Below are positions 1 through 16,920 of a stretch of DNA of 64,000 nt, piece after piece. Numbering within the stretch: the stretch's first letter is position 1; every line of letters begins with the position of its first letter. This DNA is from the human T2T-CHM13v2.0 reference genome, Homo sapiens. The notes under the pieces were generated by a model. That model saw only the letters and a list, made by a program, of their open reading frames with translations, did no database searches and was not told the origin of the DNA. The DNA lies in NCBI RefSeq assembly GCF_009914755.1, contig NC_060935.1. One strand, 5' to 3'. A program made the translations under genes and the position numbers.

Positions 1-48
1 ATCTATAAGTGTTTATATGAACATATATTTTCAGTTATCTTGGGTATT

Positions 49-378
49 TGTGTTAGTCCATTCTCATGCTGCTATGAAGACACACCTGAGATTGAATTTA
101 TAAAGACGAGGTTTAATTGACTCACAGTTCCGCATGGCTGGGGAGGCCTCAGGAGACTTGGCGGAAGGCATCTCTTCACAGGGTGGCAGGAGAGAGAATG
201 AGTGTCGAGCGAAGGGGGAAGCCCCTTGTAAAACCGTCAGATTTCGTGAGAACTCACTATCATGAGAAGAGCATGGGGGAACTGCCCCCATAATTCAGTT
301 ATCTCCACCTGGTCCGTCTTTGACATGTGGGGATTATTACAATTCAAGTTGAGATTTGGGTGGGGACACAGCCAAACT
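49..378 (-). mobile_element. THE1 (THE1D-like) ERVL-MaLR LTR inserted in old L1
   Basis: tgtgttagtccattctcatgctgct...gagatttgggtggggacacagccaaac is the reverse complement of the THE1 LTR; the terminal few bases appear deleted. Confidence 0.85.
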
Positions 379-557
379 AGGATTGGAATTGCTGGGTCAT
401 GAGATAATTCTGTATTTAACATTTTGAGGAACTGACAAACTATTTTTCAAAATGGCTGCGCTTCTTACAGTCCTAACAGTATATGAGTATTTCAGTTTCT
501 CCACATTCTGGTTAACACTAACACTGTTTTTTCCCTCAGACTTCTCATGGATGAACT

Positions 558-684
558 CTTTTTTTTTTTTTTTTTTTTTTTTTGAGATGGGGTTTCACTA
601 TGTTGCCCAGGCTGGATTTGAACTCAAGGATCCTCCCGCCTCAGCCTACCAACTAGCTCTACAGGTGTACATCACCACACCTGG
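558..684 (-). mobile_element. Alu monomer (FLAM-like)
   Basis: Poly-T followed by gagatggggtttcactatgttgcccaggctgg...cacacctggc. Confidence 0.8.
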
Positions 685-1005
685 CAAAAACTTTTTATTA
701 TGTCTTATTTTAACCATCCTAGTGGATGTGAAGTGGTATCTCATAAATTATGTTGATTTGCATTTTCCTAATGACTAATGTTGCTGAATATCTTTTCATA
801 TGCTGCTTGGCCATATCTTTGGAGAAATAGATATTCAAAATTTTGCCCATTTTTGTCATTGGGTATTTTTGGTTGTTGTTGAGTTTTAAGAGTTCTTTAT
901 ATATTCTGAATACAAGACCCTGATTGAAAAATTATTTGCAAAAATTTTCTCCCATTCTGTGGATTGTCTTTGTACTTTCTTGATGGTGTGCTTTGAAGCA
1001 CAGAC

Positions 1006-1317
1006 ATTTTTTGTTGTTGTTGTTGTTTGAGACAGGATGTCACTCTGTTGCCCAAGCTGGAGTGCAGTGGTGTGATCTCAGCCCACTGCAGCCTTGACTT
1101 CCCTGGGCTCAGGTGATTTTCCCACCTCAGCCTCCCGAGTAGCCGGGACTACAGGTGCGTGCCACCACACTCAGCTAATTTTTAAATTTTTTGTAGAGAT
1201 GGAGTCCCGCCATGTTTCCCATGCTGGTCCCAGGCTGGTCTTGAATTCCCAGGCTCAAGCCCCTGCCTTGGCCTCCCAAAGTGCTGGGATTACAGACATA
1301 AGCCACCATGCCTGGCC
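1006..1317 (-). mobile_element. AluJ
   Basis: Dimeric antisense Alu with J-type diagnostics (cactgcagccttgac, gggctcaggtga). Confidence 0.85.
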
Positions 1318-1419
1318 CATGGAAGTTTTTATTGCTGATGAAGTCCAATTTATTTATTTTTCCTTTTGTTGCTTATGCTTTTTTAAGTTTAAATTTTAAA
1401 ATGATTAAATTTTTTTTAA

Positions 1420-1878
<459 letters not shown>

Positions 1879-2743
1879 AAGATTTTTTAAATTGAGAAAT
1901 AAAGTTGTATGTATTTATTGTGTACAACATTATGTTTTGAAGTATATATACACTGTGGAGTAGTTAAATCTAGCTAATAAATGTATTACATCACACAGTT
2001 ATTTTGGTGGTGAAAACATTTAATGTCTACCATCTTTTCATTTTTCAAGAATATATCATCACTAACTGTAGTCACCATGCTATACAGTAGAGCTCTTGAA
2101 CTTATTCCTGTCTAACTGTAATTATGTATCCTTTAGACCCACATCTCCCCATTCCCCCTCCCCTAACCACTTCAGCCTATGGAAAGAAAATTCTGCTTTC
2201 CACTTCCGTGAGATCACCTTTTACAGATTCCACAAATGAGTGAGATCATGTAGTATTTGTCTGTGTCTGGCTTATTTCAGTTAACATAGTCTCTTCCAGG
2301 TTCATCCATTTTGTTGCAAATGATAGGATTTTATTCATTTTTATGGCTGAATAGTATTCCATTGTGTATATACACTATATTTCCTTTATCCATTAATGGA
2401 CATTTGTTGATTCCATATCTTGGCTGTTGTAAATAGTGCTGCAATAAACATGTGAGTGCAAATATCTCTGACATACTGATTTCATTTCCTTTGGATGTAT
2501 ATCCGTAGTGGGACTGCTGGATCATACAGTAGCTCTATTTTTGATATTTTGAGGAACCTCCATACCGTTTTACATAATGGCTGTATTAATTTACATTCCC
2601 ACCAACAATGTATAAGCATTCTGTTTTCTCCATACCCTTGTTGTGTTTTCTTTTTGATGTGTTGCTTGTGCTTCTGACATAATATCTAAGAAGGCTTTGC
2701 CTAACCCAGGGTTATGAAGATTTACTCCTGTGCTTTTTTCTAA

Positions 2744-3152
<409 letters not shown>

Positions 3153-3181
3153 ATGTACTTGTTAACATTAGAAATGCTTCA

Positions 3182-3465
3182 GTCGGGTGGCTGTGGTGGC
3201 TCAGTTGTATTAGTCCCAACACTTGAGGAGGCTGAGGTAGGAGGATTGCTTGAGCCCAGGAGTTCAAGACAAGCCTGGGCAACATAGTGAGACCCACATC
3301 TTTATAAAAAGTTTTTTTAAAACATGAGCCTGGTGTGGTGGCATGCACCTGCAGTCTTAGCTACTCAGAAGGCTGAGGCAGGAGAATTGTCTGAGCCCGG
3401 GAGTTCAAGGCTGCAGTGAGCTATGATCACACCTGGGTGACAGAGCAAGAACCTATCTCTAAAAG
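3182..3465 (+). mobile_element. AluJ with purine-rich tail
   Basis: gtcgggtgg...gaggattgcttgagcccaggagttcaag...gacagagcaagaacctatctct followed by a GA-rich tail. Confidence 0.85.
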
Positions 3466-3816
3466 AGAAAGAGAGGAGAGAGAAAAAAGGGAGGAAAGAA
3501 AGAAAAAGAAAAAAATGCTTTAGTTCCTACAGTAAGACTATACTAAAGCTTTCAGATTAGGTGTTAGTTCAAGCTAATTTTTAAATGAATCACTGAAATG
3601 TATAAATATTGACTATATCTTCTAGGAATCACTTGGAGTTGATTTTTTGTGTATGGTGTAAGGAAAGGGTCCAGCATCATTTTTTTGCACATGGGTATAC
3701 GGTTATCCCAGCATTTTATAATTCATATTATTGTCTTGGCATTTTCTTGCTAATTATATGTCTTTCCCCACTAGAATATAAACTCTATGAAGGCAGGAAA
3801 CTTGTCAGGTTCATCA

Positions 3817-4358
3817 CTGTTCTGATTACTATTGCTGTGTCAGAAATCACCCCAAAATGTAGTGCCTGGAAACATCATTTTATTATGCGCATAGATTCTT
3901 TTGCTTTGGAATTTGGATAGGGCACAGTGGGAATGGCTTATGTCTGTTCCATGATGTCTGGCATCCCCGCTGGAAAGTCTCAATAACTGGAACCTGGTCA
4001 TCTCTAGGCATCTTTATGCACATGTCTGGCTGTTGATTCTGGCCATCTGTTGGGCCTTTAGCTGGGGCAGTGGACTAGAGTGCTTGCATGTGGTCTATCT
4101 GTATGGCCTGGGCTTTCTCACAGCCTGGTGTCTCCAGGTAGTCGGACTTCTTACATAGAAGCTCAGGGCTCCAAAAGCTTGTGTTCCAGCACAATGTAGA
4201 GCCAATTGCCTTTTCTGACTAGCCTCAGAAGTCAAGCAGTGAATAACTGGTCATACCAGATTCAAGAAGTGGGCTCTACTTCTCAATGAGAGAATGTAGA
4301 AGAGCATATGGAATGGAAGATGCTGTCTCAGCCATCTTTGGAAAATATAACATGCCAC
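3817..4358 (-). mobile_element. MLT1 (MLT1H-like) MaLR LTR
   Basis: tattgctgtgt..aaatcaccccaaaa..tagtg and terminal gccatctttggaaaatataa..tgccaca. Confidence 0.7.
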
Positions 4359-4434
4359 AATTATTCTGTCTTCAGTGTCAGGCACATAATGAATGCCAAT
4401 ACATACTGAATGAATACCAAGCACTATGGTTTAT

Positions 4435-5055
4435 GTTTGTTTTGAGATAGAGTCTCACTGTATCACCCAGGCTGGAGTGCAGTAGTTCAAACATGGCTTC
4501 CTTTAGCCATGACCTCCTAGGCTTAAGGGATACTCCCACCTCAGTCTCCTGAGAGTAGCTGGGACCACAGGTACATGCCACCATGCTAGCTGATTTTTTT
4601 ATTTCGTAGAGTTGGGATCTTGCTGTGTTGACCAGGCTGGTCTTGAACGTCTGGACTCAAGCAGTCCTCCTGCCTCAGCCTCCCAAAGTGCTGAGATTAT
4701 AGGCATGAGCCACCATGCTCGGCCTCACTATAGTATTTTCACAAACATTTCTCTCAAGTAATTTTTTTTTTTTTTTTTTGACGGAGTCTCGCTCTGTTGC
4801 CTAGGCCGGAGTGCAGTGGCGGAACTCAGCTCACTGCAACCTCCACCTTCCAGGTTCAAACGATTCTCCTGCTTCAGCCTCCTGAATAGTGGGGATTACA
4901 GCACCTGCCACCACGCCTGGCTAATTTTTGTATTTTTAGTAGAGACAGGGTTTCACGATCTTGGCCAGGCTGGTCTTGAACCCCTGACCTCGCAATCTGC
5001 CCACCTCGGCCTCCCAAAGTGCTGGGATTACAGGCTTGAGCCACCGTGCCTGGCC
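4435..5055 (-). mobile_element. AluJ (4435-4724) and AluS (4761-5055)
   Basis: Two tandem antisense Alus. Confidence 0.85.
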
Positions 5056-5296
5056 TCATACTGTTTTTTTTTAGCATTATTTCAGGCTATGTCATACAAC
5101 AGTAAACCTGACAGACAGGGTCCCTCCCCTGGTTGATTTAAACAAGATAATTTCAGACTGTGAAAATGCTGTGAAATAATTAAGTTGGGTTAGAGAAAGC
5201 GGTATGGGCAATACACTGTACTCATCCTGGGGAACATTATGGGTGGAACTGATCAGGAGGGAAGATTAATGAATTAAAATGGGAAGCTATAATTAA

Positions 5297-5637
<341 letters not shown>

Positions 5638-5696
5638 TGTTGTCATTCTTATTTAAGAATATTTTATATTTTGTTTATTAAAAAATATTTGGCTTA

Positions 5697-6054
<358 letters not shown>

Positions 6055-6104
6055 TTAGATAAAACATGTTTTAAAGACTCAAAAAGTAGGCAGGAATTCT
6101 TTCC

Positions 6105-6410
<306 letters not shown>

Positions 6411-6896
6411 ACAAGAATTGTTTTTTAAAATAAGAGTTTGCTTTGCATTTTCTGTTAATATAAGAGAGAAGAACTGGGGTCAATTTGGGGAGACAAGTGC
6501 ATAGAGGACAATGACTGATGATATGGGCAGGACTATTAGTTGTGGATAAAAGATAGTGCATTTGGCCAGCAAGCTTGCAAGCATTTTGGGCATGGTACCT
6601 GCCTATCATGTCTTCCTTTAGCATGGTCCAAACTAGCATCAATAAACCAAAATGTTTGTGGATCTGTTAGCTCATTTATCCTTCTAACACAATTGTTGTA
6701 ATGGAAAGAAACATTAGAGGGCAAAGAGGAGGAATCAGCAAAAATCCTGACTAGGGCACCTTTTTGTACTCAAGGTGTTAACAGTCTAGAGGGGATGCGT
6801 CATATGTAAAATAAATAGTTAGAAGGCAGGGTGATATGTGCTGTAATAATAGATATGGGATAAAATTTGTTAGAGCTTGGATGGCAGAAGCTCATT

Positions 6897-7182
6897 GTCT
6901 AGGCATGATGGCTCACTCCTGTAATCCTAGCATTTTGAGAGGCCAAGGCAGGAGGATCACTTGAGCGCAGGGGTTCGAGGTCAGGCTGGGAGATATAACA
7001 AAAGCCTGTTTCTACCAGGAAGAAAAAATAATAACCAGGCATGGTAGCATGCACCTGTGGTCCTGTTTACTTAGGAGGCTGAGGAAGGAGGATGGCTTGA
7101 GCCCAGGAATTCAAGGTTATAGAGAGCTGCGCCACTGCACTTCAGCCTGGGCGACAGAGTGAGACTCTATCTCTTAAAAAAA
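6897..7182 (+). mobile_element. AluJ
   Basis: Diverged sense Alu ending in an A tail. Confidence 0.8.
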
Positions 7183-7492
7183 AGATGTGCCCTGGTGACC
7201 TGATGGTGTTGGGGAAGGGTTCATACTTCATAGAGGAGGTGACAACTGAGCTGCTGTCTTGATGAGAAATTAGGTAGTTGAGGCCTGAGAAGAGCCTTCT
7301 AGGCAGAAGGAAGGGCATATACAAAGGAATAAAGAGAATTGTAGAATGTTTCATTAAGGATGAAGATAGTGTAGGTATGATGGGGAATGGTCAGAGATAC
7401 AGAGCCCAGAACAAGAAGGGTCTTACCTGTCATTGCTAGAGATTTGAAGTTGATCCTTAGGGGATGAGAAGCTACTGAAAGCTTTGTTACAC

Positions 7493-7634
7493 TTTTTTTT
7501 TTCTCCTCCCTTTTTGTGGAACATGGGGTCTCGCTATATTGCCCAGTCAGGTCTTGAACTCCTGTGCTCAAGCTATCCTCCTGCTTCTGCCTCCCTGAGA
7601 GCTGGGATTACAGGCGTGAGCCACCACACCTGGC
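7493..7634 (-). mobile_element. FLAM monomer with target-site duplication gctactgaaagcttt (7471-7485 / 7635-7649)
   Basis: Antisense monomer flanked by a 15-bp direct repeat. Confidence 0.85.
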
Positions 7635-7689
7635 GCTACTGAAAGCTTTATAACAAGGAATTATGTTTCAGACAAGACTCTCTAGCAAC

Positions 7690-8585
7690 CTTTTCAACAT
7701 CAACAGTGACTAATAGGCATTGCAAATTTAATATGCCCCCAAACCTAACTCCTGACTTCTCCCCTCAACACCTGCTTTTCCTGCTTTTCCCCCATCTCAG
7801 TGAATTACAGCTTCCTTCTTTGGGTTGCCTAGTCCAGTCATTTTTGACTCTTCTTTCTCTTACACTTCAACACAGTATATCAGCAAATCCTGTTGTTTCT
7901 CACTTTAAAATATACCCAGAATTCATCCACTAATTACTACCTGCACTGCTACTGCCCCAAACTGAGCTACCAGTCATCTCTAGGCTGGGTTATTGCAATA
8001 GCCTAACTGGTCTTGCTTCCTCCCTTGCCCCTCTACAGTATATCATCCACATAACCTTCTCAGATCCTTCTGAAAGGTGAGATCACATTACCTCTGCTCT
8101 CAACTTTCTAATGGCTTCTTAAAGTCCTGTGGTAGCCACAAAGCCCTATGTGCCTGGCACTCTGCCCTCTCTCCCCTACTACCGTCCTTATTCCACTACA
8201 GCACACTGGCCTTTCTGTTCCTTGGATCTTGCTGACCTTCCTGCCTCAGAACCTTGGTATTTGCTGGACTCTCTGCCTAGAACATTGTTTCCCAAGATAT
8301 CCACCTTGCTGGCTCCCTCCCTCCCTGCAGGGCTCTGCTAATGAGGCCTTCCCTAATCACCTTATATAAAATAGCAAAACTTCTCAGGCACCCTCTGTCC
8401 TCCTTAACTTACTTAACTTTGTTTCCATAGACTTACTGTCATCTGAGATTATATATTATATGTTTATTGTGTGTCTCCTTTCTAGAATGTAAGCTCTAAG
8501 AGTGGACTTTGCTTTATTCACTGTTCTGTCCCTAAGGCGTAGAACATAAAGTAACCACTTGGTAAAGTTTTGTTGATTGAATGAC
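7690..8585 (+). mobile_element. L2 3' fragment
   Basis: Pyrimidine-rich L2 body ending ctagaatgtaagctc...ttgttgattgaatga. Confidence 0.75.
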
Positions 8586-8865
8586 TTGATTTGCATTTTT
8601 TAAACTTCACTCTGGCAGCATCATGGATAATGAAGGTGAGGTGGGGAGGAGAAGAGGAATTGATACTTGGAATTGAAATAGTCTAGTCAAGAGATTTGGA
8701 GGGCATGGAGTCAAGAATTACTTGGGAAGGAGAGCTGATGAGACTTGGCAACTCATTGGATAGGAAGAAGTGAAGTATAATGACTCCCAGATTTCTGGCT
8801 TGCGTGGTTTCAGCAGATGATGTTGTTGTCAGAGATGGATGAAATAAACCGAGGAAAATATGTAG

Positions 8866-8977
8866 TAGGGTGACTAGCCACCCTGGGTTTGCCCAGGATG
8901 GTTGGTTTTGTCACTGAAAGTTCCACATCCCAAGAAACCCCTCAGACCCAGGCAGACAGGAATGGTCAGTCACTCTA
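8866..8977. mobile_element. MER81-like hAT-Blackjack MITE
   Basis: TIRs tagggtgac...gtcactcta. The 8-bp flanks atatgtag / atacatag fit CpG decay of a TSD atacgtag. Confidence 0.75.
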
Positions 8978-10083
8978 ATACATAGAGTGAAAAAATAGCT
9001 AAAGACAGAATACCAACAGTTAAGGAAAGGGAGGAGGTAGAGAAGTCTCTTCAGAAAGTAAAGCAGAAGCAGTGAGAGGGGTAGCAGAAGACTCAGTGGG
9101 GCATGGTTTTATGGAAGCTGAGAGAGCAGGCTCTTCAAGAAGAGAGTGAACAGCAATGTAGGTTGAGCTTCTCTGGGGATTTTTAAATTTCTAGCTATGC
9201 TTGGCAGAAGTATATTATAGACAGATTGTAAATGTTTCTCAAAATAAAAGACATGTCTCTTTGTTGTTTTTAAACTAGATTATTGAAGGGAGCCAACTTC
9301 TGATACTTGCTGGATCATAGAGTAAAAATGAATTTAGAGATTTTACTAAAAGCAACATTATTTCTGCATTTAGTATTTGGCTATCTCAGGTTAATGAATT
9401 ATTCTGAATACTGGGCAATGTGAGTAAGCTGTTACATTCTGCAATTCTGAACCGGCATTAAATCTGAGTAATCATAAAATTGGAATTTCAGAGCTGGACA
9501 TTTGTGATCATATACTTAGTAGTTCTTAATGTTTTGGAGTAATTCACTCTTCAGAATCCATTGAAAACCCTCACACATCTCCCAAAAAAGCACATAAACA
9601 TTTGCTGAAACTTTAGGATTGGAGGGTTATAGATGGCCACCTGAATCCCAGGTTAAAAGAATCACTAATCTAATATAACCCTCCTGTTTACGCCTTGGGA
9701 TATTAAGAGGCCTAGACAAATTAATTAACTTATCCAGAGCTTAGACAGTTACCAAACTACTTCTTGATTCAGTGTTCTATTTATTATGTATCATTGCCAC
9801 TGTTTTAATGCAGGTTCAGTCCCTCTTGGTCTATTATTAATCTTATTTCAGTTAATGTACTGATCACTGTGCCAGCTCCAAACACATGGACTCTACTCCC
9901 CATGTCCTGTCTGAAGTCCATCCTTTTTTTTTTTCAACTGTCCATAGGCCAAGCAAAAATGCTACTGTTCAGAAAATTTGATGGACTACCAGATTTCATT
10001 TATCTTTTAAGTCATTAATTAAGAGTTGATCATGTAAAAACTCTTACTGATGTCTTACTTGTGCCTTCTTTTCTTTGGAATAG

Positions 10084-10186
10084 GATGCTGTATGATTATG
10101 TTGAAAGGAAACGAAAAGAAAATTCAGGAGCCCAACTGCATGTTACCTACTTGGTGTCTGGCAGTCTCATTCAGAATGGACATTCC
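10084..10186 (+). CDS. POLD3: POLD3 exon 3 (103 nt): (Q)MLYDYVERKRKENSGAQLHVTYLVSGSLIQNGHS, N-terminal winged-helix domain
   Basis: Acceptor tttctttggaatag|G, donor TCC|gtaagt; phase 2 to phase 0. Confidence 0.96.
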
Positions 10187-11193
10187 GTAAGTTCTCAGAG
10201 CCTTGTAATGAGCTTAAATGTGTTTGTGTTATGAAGAGTGTTATAACATAGTTCAGGGGAGAGAAAAAAATCAAGATTCTGTGTTATAGTAGTTTTAAAG
10301 AGCTACTTGATGGTGATGATTATTTTGGATTTTTAGATTAAATCTAAAACTGAGAAGTTTGGGTAATATCTTGGCTGTGATGCAGAGACTGTATCATTAT
10401 TATGCAATAAGATGTTAGGAGACTGCTTCTGTTATTCCCTATATCTCTTTTTTTCCTCTTGAAGGTATATGGAGAACAATGGTGTTTAATTTTCCACCTG
10501 TTCAAATTTCAAACCATGAATACAAGTGTTCAAAAATTATAATTTTTTTAACTGAACTTCTTTTAATTTTGAACATTCATTTGGGTAGGCTTACGTCTAA
10601 GTGCCTGAAGGGTAAGAGTTTTTGGCAGGAGCATAGCTAATGCAGTGCATAGGCTGGGAACATTTTATTCTCCTTCCTCTTCTTTTTGTAGTCCCACCTG
10701 GTATCTGGTCATCTGGCAACACAGGTGACTGCTGGATTTCATCATCCTGACTGTAAGGCTTTCTCAGGTCTGCTTGACTTTTCTCTTAACTATTTTCATG
10801 TCCCTCTCAGGGGCACAGGGATCATTCTATTACTCCCATGCCTTGGTGGCTACCAGAAGCTCTGCTAAGATATCTTGTTCCCTCTCCTGCACCAAACTGG
10901 GCCTTGGGAACTTTAATAATTCCCCCTCTCTGGCGTCCTCCCAAAAGTAAGGCATACCTCTTCTGTTCTCACTTCCTCAAACTTCCTATCTGAAGGTTCT
11001 TTCGGGCATAAAAAGCCCCATGGGACTTGGCCCAAAGGTCAGGTGGCCGCTTCTCAGAGATCCGCTGTTTTCCTCTTTCCTTTGATTTTCCCTCAGAATC
11101 ATAAGTTCAGAGCCCTGATTTGTCAAAATATTGACTGGATTTGTTTTTTAGCGATTGAGTCCCCAGCATGTGAGATTTAAAACTGAAATGCCA

Positions 11194-11470
11194 GGCTGGG
11201 TACAGTGCCTTGCTGCTGTGATCCCAGCCCTTTGGGAAGCTGGGTTGGGAGAATCACTTGAGCCCAGGAGTTCGAGACCAACCTGGGCAACCTAGCGAAA
11301 CCCCATCTCTACAAAAAATACAAAAATTAGCCAGGCATGGTGGCATGCGCCTGTAGTCCCAGCTACTCAGGAGGCTGAAGTGGGAAGGATTACTTGAGGC
11401 CATAAGGTCAAGGCTGCAGCGAGCTGTGATTGCGCCACTGCACTCCAGCTTGGGTGATATAAAATAAAAC
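11194..11470 (+). mobile_element. AluJ
   Basis: Sense dimeric Alu. Confidence 0.85.
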
Positions 11471-12400
11471 TGGAACGTCAATTTAGTAATTTACAAGGAG
11501 CAACAAAACTGCTAGAGGGATCCTATCCTTATACTCTCTAGCCAACATATTCTTTTCTTGTTTCCAAGCTATTTGGCAAGCCAAATGATAACCAAGATAT
11601 TTGCAAGTGTAAAATAAGATGTCATTTATATCTCTGAAGCAAAGTTAAACAGACGTAACTCATTTACTTGCAGAGATAAACCTGCCTCCAGAGTTCTGCC
11701 ACTGTAGAGCTCTTGAATGGATACTGTCAAAGTTTATGGCTGATTGTCATATTTTCTTCTATTTCCAGGGTCAACTGACCTTCTGTCTCTTTCTCTAATT
11801 AGTCAGTACCCTCAATCTAGTCATATTCAAGCCTTTACTTGGAAATCATTATGTTTCTTTAAAGCAGTGCTTTTTATTCTTTTTTTGGTCATTGATCCCC
11901 TTGAGAATCTGAAAGAAAAATGCATATGTTGACATTCATAAAATTTTGAGTTCATGGATCTTCTGGAATAGGATCCAAAGTTAAGAATTTACGTTTTGAG
12001 ATAATGTAGATTTTTACTCAAACTGACCCATTATAACAGGGGCTCTTAATTTAGGATTCTTAGATGGTCTTCATGGTTGGTCTTCAAAGTCTAGAGTTTT
12101 CTTAGATGACACTGAAAGTGTTCAAATTGTGTTCCTCAGTGCATATTTCCGAGACCATTTTTCAAAATGATGTATAACCTATAATCAGTTAAAAACTAAG
12201 CCATGGCTTGCTTATAAAAAGGTCTTCTGTTTCTAAGTATAAGATGGCATTTAAATTCTGCCTATCTTTTTTTAGCAGCAGAGTGCTTTTTCAAACAAAA
12301 TCTTAATCAGAGTTCTATATATAAAATTTATTAAGAGTGGGGTTGCTGTGGTTGAAGTGGTTGTGAGGATTTCAGAGCCCTGGACCTGCCCTCCCAATAG

Positions 12401-13293
<893 letters not shown>

Positions 13294-13589
13294 TGGATTT
13301 TTTTAAATGTAAATAATTTTTATTTTTCCAATGATTATTATAAAAAATGTTTAACAATATATAGAACGTGAAAGCTTCCTTCAAATCTCATCCCAGAGAT
13401 TCTTCCAGAGGATTATTTGAAAATTTCAAGGAAATGTTTGGTTGGTTCTTTTTGTAATGTGAAGAACTGTCAACCTGATCTATGCTTTATGGGTTCCCTG
13501 TTAGCTTTTCATCTAATGATTTTAGCTGAGATTAGTTTTAATCATTGCCTAAATCATTAATTCACTAAAGGTTACAAAATGGTGATGTT

Positions 13590-13816
13590 TTGCCTTGAAC
13601 TCCTGGGTCCAAGCGATCCCCTTGCCTCAGCTTCCTCAGTAGCTGGGACTGCAGACATGCACCACCATGCCCAGCTTATTTTTTATTTTTATTTTTATTA
13701 GAGACGAGGTCTCACTATGTTGTCCAGACTGGTCTTAAACTTCTGGGCTCAAGTGATCCTCCTGCTTCGGCCTCCCTAAGTGCTGGGATTACAGGCATGA
13801 ACCACGGCACCTGGCC
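13590..13816 (-). mobile_element. Partial AluJ
   Basis: Antisense Alu lacking its 3' end. Confidence 0.8.
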
Positions 13817-14744
13817 TTTCTGTTTTTTTAGCTGTAATTTTTCTGTGAATAATTTTCTCTCATCAACTAGCCGTGTTTTCCCTGTTATGCTAAGAACAGA
13901 GGGCTTACCCCCTCCTAGGCTCTGGGTTTGTGGATGCTCCCTAACTCCCGTGTCCACTTTAATAGGAACCCATTGAATCAGAGCTCCACTCTGGTCTGCA
14001 TTGTTTTAGCACCAGCTGGCATTTCCATTCTGTTGTTTTTATGTACTTTCAGTATCCCCCAGGGCAGTATATAGCCACACGGACCTGTCTGGTCTATTCA
14101 GATCTTCTCATGAGGTGCGAATTACTGTTTTTAGGGCTCTTACTGCAAAGCTGCATTGGTTTTGAGTGGTTCATTCCTAATGGTCTGTAATTTTTATAAT
14201 AAGCTCTGTAATTTTTAGTGTGCAGTTTTACGGAACATGACTTTTTTCTTCCCTTGAATAAACCAATGAAAATGACATTTTTAGGAGTGCCAGTTTTAAG
14301 AGAAAATGCATTATGAGAACATTAATAATCCCAGCTCAAACTTATGGTTACACTTTTTAAAAAACTTATTTGATGTTTAGATTGCTGTTTTTTTTATGTT
14401 GTGAATTTTGGTGGTTCCGAACATTAACAAAAATATCTATTTGCTTTAGACAAATACACGAGGTTTAGAAAAGCAAAACCTGTATTATTACCAACAATTT
14501 GATTACTGAAAATAAGATTTCTTTGCAGTTCTTTGTCTGTAGGATATGTCCTGCTAAGGATGCACAGTCATCCTGTATTTTAGAATCACTTGAAATAATT
14601 CCTCACTGTACTGAAGCCACCAATTCAATATCTAGTTCAATTCAATTTTTTTTTTCCATTTTGCTTTCAATTGATAGGTTCCCTCCTTTCCCTTAGAGGT
14701 AACTGTTACATTGAGTTTGCCTTCTCCTTCCATTGTTTTTGATA

Positions 14745-16456
<1,712 letters not shown>

Positions 16457-16880
16457 TTATTTTTTACATTTAAATCTCTAATCCATTTAGAATTTATTTT
16501 GGTATATGATGTGAGGAACAGATCCAATTTTTATCTGGTTCCATGTGATTATACAGTAATTCTTATTAAATCACTCACTAAAAAGCCTTTGCTCACACTG
16601 ATTTGAGATGCTGTATTTTTTTAATTGTAGTACTGAAATCTGTGCTAGATCACTTTCCTTAACCTTATTGAGAAGTTTTAAGATAAGCAAATTATTATTT
16701 TTTTTCCTGAAAGTAAGCAAATTAAAAGTGAGTCTGACTTTATTAAATTATAACATATGTTTTAAGGAGTGCCTGGTGTTTTCCTAATTTCACATCCAAG
16801 CACAATTGAATTATTGGAGCAAGGAAACTAAAATTGCAGATTCTTACATTAAGCACTAATAAAGTGTTATTTTCTTACAG

Positions 16881-16920
16881 TGCCACAAGGTTGCAGTAGT
16901 GAGAGAAGATAAATTGGAAG
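16881..16920 (+). CDS. POLD3: POLD3 exon 4 (40 nt): CHKVAVVREDKLE
   Basis: Acceptor tattttcttacag|TGC, donor GAAG|gtaagt; phase 0 to phase 1. Confidence 0.96.

Noticed and set aside
39-48. Identical 10-bp flank cttgggtatt next to both THE1 LTRs (39-48 and 63521-63530)
   Set aside because: The LTRs are different subfamilies in different parts of L1 hosts, and each flank is explained by its own L1 context. They are not paired LTRs of one provirus; treated as post hoc coincidence.
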